From Xanthomonas campestris pv. campestris str. ATCC 33913 (lineage in GTDB: Bacteria; Pseudomonadota; Gammaproteobacteria; Xanthomonadales; Xanthomonadaceae), in contig NC_003902.1 of assembly GCF_000007145.1 (NCBI RefSeq), positions 400,325 through 432,324 on the forward strand: a stretch of 32,000 bases of DNA. Reading direction: 5' to 3'. The notes under the pieces were generated by a model, which was not told the origin of the DNA, ran no database searches, and was given only the letters and a program-made list of their open reading frames with translations. The translations under genes were made by a program, and so were the position numbers. Shown here piece by piece: positions 22,924 through 32,000 of the stretch. Positions within the stretch are counted from its first letter, which is position 1. Each line of letters starts with the position of its first letter.

Positions 22924-23424
22924 ATGGCCCTTGTCGCGAGAATCCTCATGCCTGCCACGTCCAGCGCCGTGCTGCTCCCCGATCCTGTTGCCACGGTGGA
23001 CCAGGCGCGCCTGCTGCGGTTGCTGGGCTACCGCATCACCCGCACCGAGCTGCTGGTGCGGCGCATGTTCCAGGATTGCGTGGCAGCCTTCGACCTCAAG
23101 CCGGTCGACTTTTCGCTGCTGATGCTGGTGGACGGCAACCCGGGCATCAATCAACGCCAGATCGGCGACGTGCTGCATGTCTCGGCGCCGAATCTGGCCA
23201 TCGTGGTGGCCCGTCTGGTGAAGCGGCGCCTGCTGCGGCAGGTGCGTGGGCGCCAGGACCGTCGCATGCAGCATCTGTCCTTGACCGCCACCGGGGCCAG
23301 CCTGCTGGCGCAGGCCGAAGCGGAGGTGCTGGGCATGGAACAGCAGCTCAGTGTGGTGCTCGGCCCCAGCGAAGCGCCGTTGCTGCGCGCGCTCGATCGC
23401 CTGGATCGCCTCGACACGCTGTAA
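22924..23424 (+). CDS. MarR family transcriptional regulator
   Basis: Internal ATG at 22924. The wHTH pattern INQRQIGDVLHVSAPNLAIVVARLVKRRLLRQVRGRQDRR is typical of MarR. Confidence 0.8.
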   Translation: MALVARILMPATSSAVLLPDPVATVDQARLLRLLGYRITRTELLVRRMFQDCVAAFDLKPVDFSLLMLVDGNPGINQRQIGDVLHVSAPNLAIVVARLVKRRLLRQVRGRQDRRMQHLSLTATGASLLAQAEAEVLGMEQQLSVVLGPSEAPLLRALDRLDRLDTL

Positions 23425-23507
23425 CCGACCACGCGCGCGCATCGCGCGACGGCACGTGCAGTACACCACGTATCCGCCAGTCCAGACTGCGATCCACGTT
23501 CAGTGGT

Positions 23508-23957
23508 CGTCGCGCTCTCAATCCGGGCGCAGGGTACTGGCCGCTGGTGCCCAACTACGCTGTCACCGCATTGCCCACGCCGCATTGGGAGATCAGTGCG
23601 CGCCTGAACTACATCGACACCTTGCGCAGCCACCGCCGGCCCAATCTTTCCGAGGGCGTTGCGTTCCGCAATGGCCAGGCCGGCGATGCGGCCTGGATCA
23701 ACGTCGCCACCTCATGGGAGGTGGTGCGCGATGTGTGGGTCGGCATCAGCGCCTACTCCCTCATCCATTTGCGCGACAACCGCAGCAATGGCCAACGCGT
23801 GGCTAACAGTCGCCCGACCGCGTTCCATGCCGGCCCGGGCGGTGCCTGGCGCGTGGATGCCAACAACCTGTTGTTCGCCAATCTCTATCTGCAGGTGGAG
23901 GTCAAAAACGCGGCCTCCGGCAGCAACCTCAATGTGCAGTTCGTCCACGTGTTCTAG
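23508..23957 (+). pseudogene. C-terminal fragment of an outer-membrane channel (MetA-pathway-of-phenol-degradation-like family)
   Basis: ~149 codons ending ...NLNVQFVHVF (aromatic terminus) with alternating beta-strand pattern. There is no Met, no signal peptide, and no room for the N-terminal half after marR. Confidence 0.4.
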
Positions 23958-23989
23958 CGCCGGTGATGCCGGCAACTTCGGAGAAGGCA

Positions 23990-24757
23990 ATGCGCTTGTT
24001 GAACAAGACCATCGTGGTGACCGGCGTGGCATCGGGCATCGGTGCGGAAGTGGCGCGCTTGGCGCGCTTTGAAGGCGCAACCGTGATCGGCATCGATCGC
24101 ACGCCGGTGCATATGAGCCTGCACGGCTTCCATCAGGCCGACTTGGGCGATCCCGCTGCGATCGATGCGCTGGTGCAGGCACTGCCGGAACGGATCGACG
24201 CGCTGGCCAATGTGGCCGGCGTCCCCGGCACCGCGCCGCTGGAGGCGGTGGCGCGGGTCAACTACCTGGGCCTGCGTCACCTCAGCCACGCGCTGCTGCC
24301 GCGCATCAGCCGTGGCGGCGCCATCATCAACGTCGCCTCGATTCTCGGCGCCGAATGGCCGCAGCGGCTGGACCTGCACAAGCAGCTGGCCGCCGCTGCC
24401 AGTTTTGCCGACGGCAGCGCTTGGCTGGCCGCGCACCCGGTTGCGCACGACACCTGCTATCAGTATTTCAAGGAAGCCCTGATCGTGTGGACCTTGCTGC
24501 AATCGTGGCCGTGGTTCGCCGATCACGGCGTACGCGTCAACAACGTCTCGCCCGGGCCGGTGTTCACCCCGATCCTGGGCGACTTTGCCGCGATGCTTGG
24601 CGCCGAGCGTGTGCAGGAAGACGCCAAACGCATGCAACGCCCCGCGTATGCCGACGAGGTGGCCGAGGCGATCGTGTTCCTGGCATCGGACGCCGCGCGC
24701 TGGATCAATGGCATCACCTTGCCGGTCGATGGCGGCCTGGCATCCACCACTTTGTAA
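23990..24757 (+). CDS. SDR family oxidoreductase (coniferyl-alcohol-dehydrogenase-like)
   Basis: ATG at 23990 with GGAGAAGG upstream. TGVASGIG cofactor motif. 255 aa. Confidence 0.85.
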   Translation: MRLLNKTIVVTGVASGIGAEVARLARFEGATVIGIDRTPVHMSLHGFHQADLGDPAAIDALVQALPERIDALANVAGVPGTAPLEAVARVNYLGLRHLSHALLPRISRGGAIINVASILGAEWPQRLDLHKQLAAAASFADGSAWLAAHPVAHDTCYQYFKEALIVWTLLQSWPWFADHGVRVNNVSPGPVFTPILGDFAAMLGAERVQEDAKRMQRPAYADEVAEAIVFLASDAARWINGITLPVDGGLASTTL

Positions 24758-24793
24758 GTCCCCTTGGACCCCCAACCAGCAGGAGGCTCGACC

Positions 24794-26275
24794 ATGCATG
24801 CGCTCCCCAGCATTGCGACACCCACGACCGCCACACCGGCGTGGCACGGCTGTATCTTCAATGGCGACTGGGTTCCCGGTAGCGGCGGCACGCTGCAGAT
24901 CCATGAGCCGGCCACCGGCGGCCTGTTGCACGAGGTCGGCAAGGCCGATCTATCCGATGTGGAGGCCGCCATTGCGCAGGCCAAGCATGCCCAACGTGCC
25001 TGGGCAATCACCTCGCCGCGCGAGCGTGCAGCGGTGTTCCACCGCGCTGCGCAACTGATGGAAGCGCACCGCGCCGAGGCTACCTTGCTGATCGCGCGCG
25101 AGACCGGCGGCATCATGCCCAAGGCCGAGCGTGAGGTGAGCGAGGCGATTGCCTACTACCAGCAAGCGGCCGGGCTGCCGCTGCAGGCGATGGGCCAGGT
25201 GCTGCCAACCGCCGCAGGCCAGCTCAGCCTGGCCAGGCATTTGCCGCTGGGCATCATTGCGGTGATTTCGCCGTTCAACTTCCCGCTGATCCTGTCGCTG
25301 CGGTCGGTGGCACCGGCGCTGGCGATGGGCAATGCGGTGATCCTCAAGCCGGACCCGCGCACGCCGTATACCGGCGGTGTGATCATCGCCCAAGTGCTCG
25401 AAGAAGCCGGACTACCCAAGGGGCTGCTGCACGTGCTGCACGGCGGCGCCGACATCGGCCAGGCCCTGGTCGAAGCGCCGGACGTGCCGATGATTGCCTT
25501 CACCGGCTCCACCGCTGCCGGGCGCCGGATCGGCGAGCTCGCCGGCCGTCACCTGAAAAAGGTGGCGCTGGAACTCGGTGGCAATAATGCAGTGATCGTG
25601 CTCGACGACGCCGACCTGGAGCGCGCCGCATCGGCAATCGCCTTCGGTGCATACCTGCATCAAGGCCAGATCTGCATGGCCACCGGCCGTGTGCTGGTGC
25701 AACGCGGCGTGGCCGACGCGCTGACCAAACTGCTGGCCGACAAGGCACGCCACCTGCCGGTGGGTGACCCGGTCAGCGGCACGGTGGCGCTGGGCCCGAT
25801 CATCGGCCAGCGCCAGTTGCAGCGCGTGCTGGACATCGTCGATGACAGCATCGACGCCGGCGCGGTGGTCGAAGCCGGCGCCACCCACGACGGCCTGTTC
25901 TATGCAGCGACCGTGTTGTCGAACGTGCGCCCGGGCATGCGGGTGTTCGATGAGGAAGTGTTCGGCCCGGTGATCAACATCACGGTGTTCGATACCGACG
26001 AAGAAGCCGCGGTACTGGCCAATCACGGCGAATACGGCCTGGTGGCAGGCATCATGTCGGCGTCGGTGTCGCGCGCCATGGTGCTGGGCGAGCAATTGCA
26101 CACCGGCTTGCTGCACATCAACGACCAGACCGTGGCCGATGAGGTCATCAATCCATTCGGTGGCACGGGCGCTTCGGGCAACGGCACCAGCGTGGGTGGG
26201 CCGGCCGATTGGGAGCAGTACATGCACTGGCAATGGCTGACGATCAAGCACGCGGTGCCGCAGTACCCGTTCTGA
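24794..26275 (+). CDS. NAD(P)-dependent aromatic aldehyde dehydrogenase (benzaldehyde/vanillin dehydrogenase-like)
   Basis: ATG at 24794 with AGGAGG at 24781..24786. ALDH motifs ELGGNN, GQICMA (catalytic Cys) and EEVFGPV are present. Confidence 0.9.
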   Translation: MHALPSIATPTTATPAWHGCIFNGDWVPGSGGTLQIHEPATGGLLHEVGKADLSDVEAAIAQAKHAQRAWAITSPRERAAVFHRAAQLMEAHRAEATLLIARETGGIMPKAEREVSEAIAYYQQAAGLPLQAMGQVLPTAAGQLSLARHLPLGIIAVISPFNFPLILSLRSVAPALAMGNAVILKPDPRTPYTGGVIIAQVLEEAGLPKGLLHVLHGGADIGQALVEAPDVPMIAFTGSTAAGRRIGELAGRHLKKVALELGGNNAVIVLDDADLERAASAIAFGAYLHQGQICMATGRVLVQRGVADALTKLLADKARHLPVGDPVSGTVALGPIIGQRQLQRVLDIVDDSIDAGAVVEAGATHDGLFYAATVLSNVRPGMRVFDEEVFGPVINITVFDTDEEAAVLANHGEYGLVAGIMSASVSRAMVLGEQLHTGLLHINDQTVADEVINPFGGTGASGNGTSVGGPADWEQYMHWQWLTIKHAVPQYPF

Positions 26276-26302
26276 GTGTGCGGCTGATGCCCGGCCGGTG
26301 GC

Positions 26303-27214
26303 TTACCCCGCCGCACGGAAGTGCGATGGGGAGCAGCCGGCGTGCCGGGCGAAAAACCGGCTGAAGTACGCAGCGTCGAAAAATCCAAGGTCGGCAGCCA
26401 CCTGCTGCACGCTCATGCTGGTGTAGCGCAGGCTGCGCCCGGCTTCCAGCATGAGCCGGCGTTGCAGCAACTGCAGCGCCGAGGCGTTGGCCAGGCGCTG
26501 GCACACCGCGTTGAGGTGCCCGGGGGTGAGCCCCACCTGCGCGGCATAGCGGGCAATGGACCAATGCGCGCGGTAGTGCACATCGATCAAGGCCTGGAAG
26601 CTGCGCAGATGCCGCAGGCCTGGGTCCGCATGCGCAGCAGTGATTGCGTGGTCGTGGGCTTTTTCCAGCGCCGTGCGCGCGCACCAGACCAGCAGTTGCG
26701 CGGCCGCTGCCTGCATCGCCGCCTCGCGGCCGATGCGTTGCCGCGCGTGGTCGTCGGCAAGGCTGGCAAAGACAAGATCGAGCAATTGGCGGCTGCGCCC
26801 AGCCGCAAGTAGCTGCGGAGACGCTAACGCCTGACGCAACGCAGGCGCACCCTGCACGGTGGCGTGCACCAGCGGCATGCACAGCGTGGCGATATGCCCG
26901 CGCACCCGCGGATCGAAGTTGAAGCCATGCACGCACATCGGTGGCAACCAGATCACCGTGGCACCGCCGATGCGCTGTGTGCGGCCATCCAGATGCACGG
27001 TGGCCGGGCCACGTTGCACATAGAGCAACTGCGCCAGCTCGTCGTGCCGGTGTGGCGCAATCCGCCAATCATGCAGCCGGCTGCGCGCACCGATCGATTC
27101 CCAGTGCAGCAGATCCGGCACCGCCACGCCGTGTTCGCCATACAGGCCGAACGCCGGAACCGCTACAGCCGCAGATACATTACGCGCGCGTGTGGGCATC
27201 GTCGAAAAGTCCAA
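26303..27214 (-). CDS. pobR: AraC family regulator, PobR-like
   Basis: C-terminal AraC HTH (SVQQVAADLGFFDAAYFSRFFARHAGCSP). Divergent from pobA with a 78-bp gap. The start could be the ATG at 27199. Confidence 0.75.
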   Translation of the reverse strand: MDFSTMPTRARNVSAAVAVPAFGLYGEHGVAVPDLLHWESIGARSRLHDWRIAPHRHDELAQLLYVQRGPATVHLDGRTQRIGGATVIWLPPMCVHGFNFDPRVRGHIATLCMPLVHATVQGAPALRQALASPQLLAAGRSRQLLDLVFASLADDHARQRIGREAAMQAAAAQLLVWCARTALEKAHDHAITAAHADPGLRHLRSFQALIDVHYRAHWSIARYAAQVGLTPGHLNAVCQRLANASALQLLQRRLMLEAGRSLRYTSMSVQQVAADLGFFDAAYFSRFFARHAGCSPSHFRAAG

Positions 27215-27283
27215 GCACTGCCGGCAATCATCCCTTCAATCGGGCGGCATGGCTACCGACACTGCAACGCATCGTCGCTGTAG

Positions 27284-28477
<1,194 letters not shown>

Positions 28478-28693
28478 GCCCCGCACACCAACGCGATGGC
28501 CGATCAAAGGGAAGCAAAAAGTGCCCTGGTACACGTCAAAGCGTCTAGCGGGCGAGCGAGCACGGCCGGTAGGGTGGCGGTGACGCGTGCGGAGCGCAAC
28601 GTTGGCAAGGACGCGTCATTCCCCCAATCGTCGGCACTGACCGCCTTGATGGCATGCGAGCGGCAGGCTGGCCTCCCTACCCAGGAGTACCCC

Positions 28694-29206
28694 ATGAAAC
28701 AACTGTTCTCCCGCGCCCTGTTGCTGGTCATGCTGTTGGCGCCCATGGCGGCCTTCGCGCAGACCGCCGTCACCGCCAACCCCAACCACCAGAAACTGCT
28801 GATCGGCTCCAATTGGTCCGAAACCGCCAACAAGCGCCTGGTCTACGATTTCTGGCGCATCGTGTTCGAAGCCGGCCAGGTGCAGTACGCACCGATGTAC
28901 ATGGACAAGAACTACATCCAGCACAACCCGAACGTGGCCAATGGCCGCGATGCGTTCATTGCCTTCCTCACCGCGTTCGTGCCGCCCACCCCGGTGCAGC
29001 CGCGCGTGCAGTTGCCGCTGGTGGCGATCACCGCCGATGGCGATCTGGTCACGCTGGTATCGGTGCGGACCTTGCCGGACCCGCGTGATCCGTCCAAGAC
29101 CTACACCACCACCTGGTTCGACATGTTCCGCATCGAAAAAGGCCTGATCAAGGAACATTGGGATCCGGACACGATTGCCGGGCGCGCCAATACTGGCGGC
29201 CAGTAA
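28694..29206 (+). CDS. SnoaL-like / NTF2-fold protein with signal peptide
   Basis: ATG at 28694 with AGGAG at 28683..28687. Signal peptide MKQLFSRALLLVMLLAPMAAFA. YIQHNP and EHWD motifs are typical of SnoaL-like cyclase-fold proteins. Confidence 0.65.
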   Translation: MKQLFSRALLLVMLLAPMAAFAQTAVTANPNHQKLLIGSNWSETANKRLVYDFWRIVFEAGQVQYAPMYMDKNYIQHNPNVANGRDAFIAFLTAFVPPTPVQPRVQLPLVAITADGDLVTLVSVRTLPDPRDPSKTYTTTWFDMFRIEKGLIKEHWDPDTIAGRANTGGQ

Positions 29207-29278
29207 CTGCTGCGACACTGCAGGGCTGCAGCGTGTAGCACTGCAGTGCGTAACTCACGCGAGTTGCCAACCTAACGT

Positions 29279-29309
29279 TGCGCCCACCGGATGGTGGGCG
29301 CAGTCTTTT
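29279..29309 (+). terminator. rho-independent terminator between convergent genes
   Basis: 10-bp stem TGCGCCCACC/GGTGGGCGCA with loop GGAT, followed by GTCTTTTC. It lies between the SnoaL-like stop and the glpK stop. Confidence 0.7.
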
Positions 29310-29321
29310 CGGTGTTAGTGC

Positions 29322-31713
<2,392 letters not shown>

Positions 31714-31854
31714 GGGCGGCCTTGCGCGCTGCGCGGTGTATGGCCGTTGTGGTGTTGCGACGCGTCTGGCGACGCGCAAGTGTGTCTGGTTGTGCTCATC
31801 TCAGTTGCCCTCCACGAAATACCCATGATGATGCGCGGCGCGCGCGCCAGGATA

Positions 31855-31885
31855 CGTTGCCAACGACCCTTCCTCGTTGGCAACG
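31855..31885 (-). terminator. 12-bp perfect hairpin after the upstream partial gene (no U-tract)
   Basis: CGTTGCCAACGA-CCCTTCC-TCGTTGGCAACG, 13 nt downstream of the stop at 31898..31900. Confidence 0.4.
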
Positions 31886-31897
31886 TCAGTCACGCTG

Positions 31898-32000
31898 TCA
31901 GGCCGGGACCACGTGCGTCTGCGCGTTGGCGTGCGCAGCTGGCCGCGTCTGCAGATACGCCTCCAGGCGCGCGCGCGCCTCGGCATCTACACGCAGGCCC
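31898..32000 (-). CDS. 3' end of an unidentified gene that runs off the window
   Basis: The frame reads ...GLRVDAEARARLEAYLQTRPAAHANAQTHVVPA-stop with strongly G/C-biased third positions. It is not in the track because it has no start codon in the window. Confidence 0.4.
   Translation of the reverse strand, partial: GLRVDAEARARLEAYLQTRPAAHANAQTHVVPA

Overview
High-GC gammaproteobacterial chromosome segment that looks like Xanthomonas. The left ~13.9 kb holds a complete chromosomal integron. It has an apparently intact integrase gene (intI, 12912..13895, +), an attI crossover at 12717..12723, and 22 attC-bounded gene cassettes (1763..12723) with genes mostly on the minus strand. The integron lies next to ilvD (14163..16001, -), the location already known for Xanthomonas integrons. 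The cassettes are visibly more AT-rich than the flanking core. They encode mostly small orphan proteins, many of them membrane proteins. Recognisable cassettes include a two-gene trypsin-like protease plus membrane-anchored protein, a TIR-like/DUF4062-like protein with a winged-helix-like tail, and a HEPN-like protein. There is also a DUF2846-like lipoprotein and an inverted SymE-like toxin cassette with its own promoter, terminators and a possible ~58-nt sRNA. The least explained signal is a 280-281 bp cassette with no conserved reading frame, present in 7 diverged copies (7 of 22 cassettes), each with the same attC subtype. One 82-aa cassette is duplicated almost identically, with one copy in the attI-proximal slot, which suggests recent integrase activity. 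A ~140-bp imperfect-palindromic intergenic element occurs 4 times, and these copies bracket the integron block and ilvD. The right ~18 kb is ordinary core genome. It carries a YkgJ-like Cys-cluster protein, a DUF2167 protein, a gamma-carbonic-anhydrase-like protein, an AAHS-type MFS transporter and an HD-GYP protein. It continues with marR, a truncated outer-membrane channel fragment, SDR and aldehyde dehydrogenase genes, pobR-pobA, a SnoaL-like protein and glpF-glpK. Many long ORFs in the track are antisense or alternate-frame artefacts of high GC content. No rRNA, tRNA or CRISPR array was seen.
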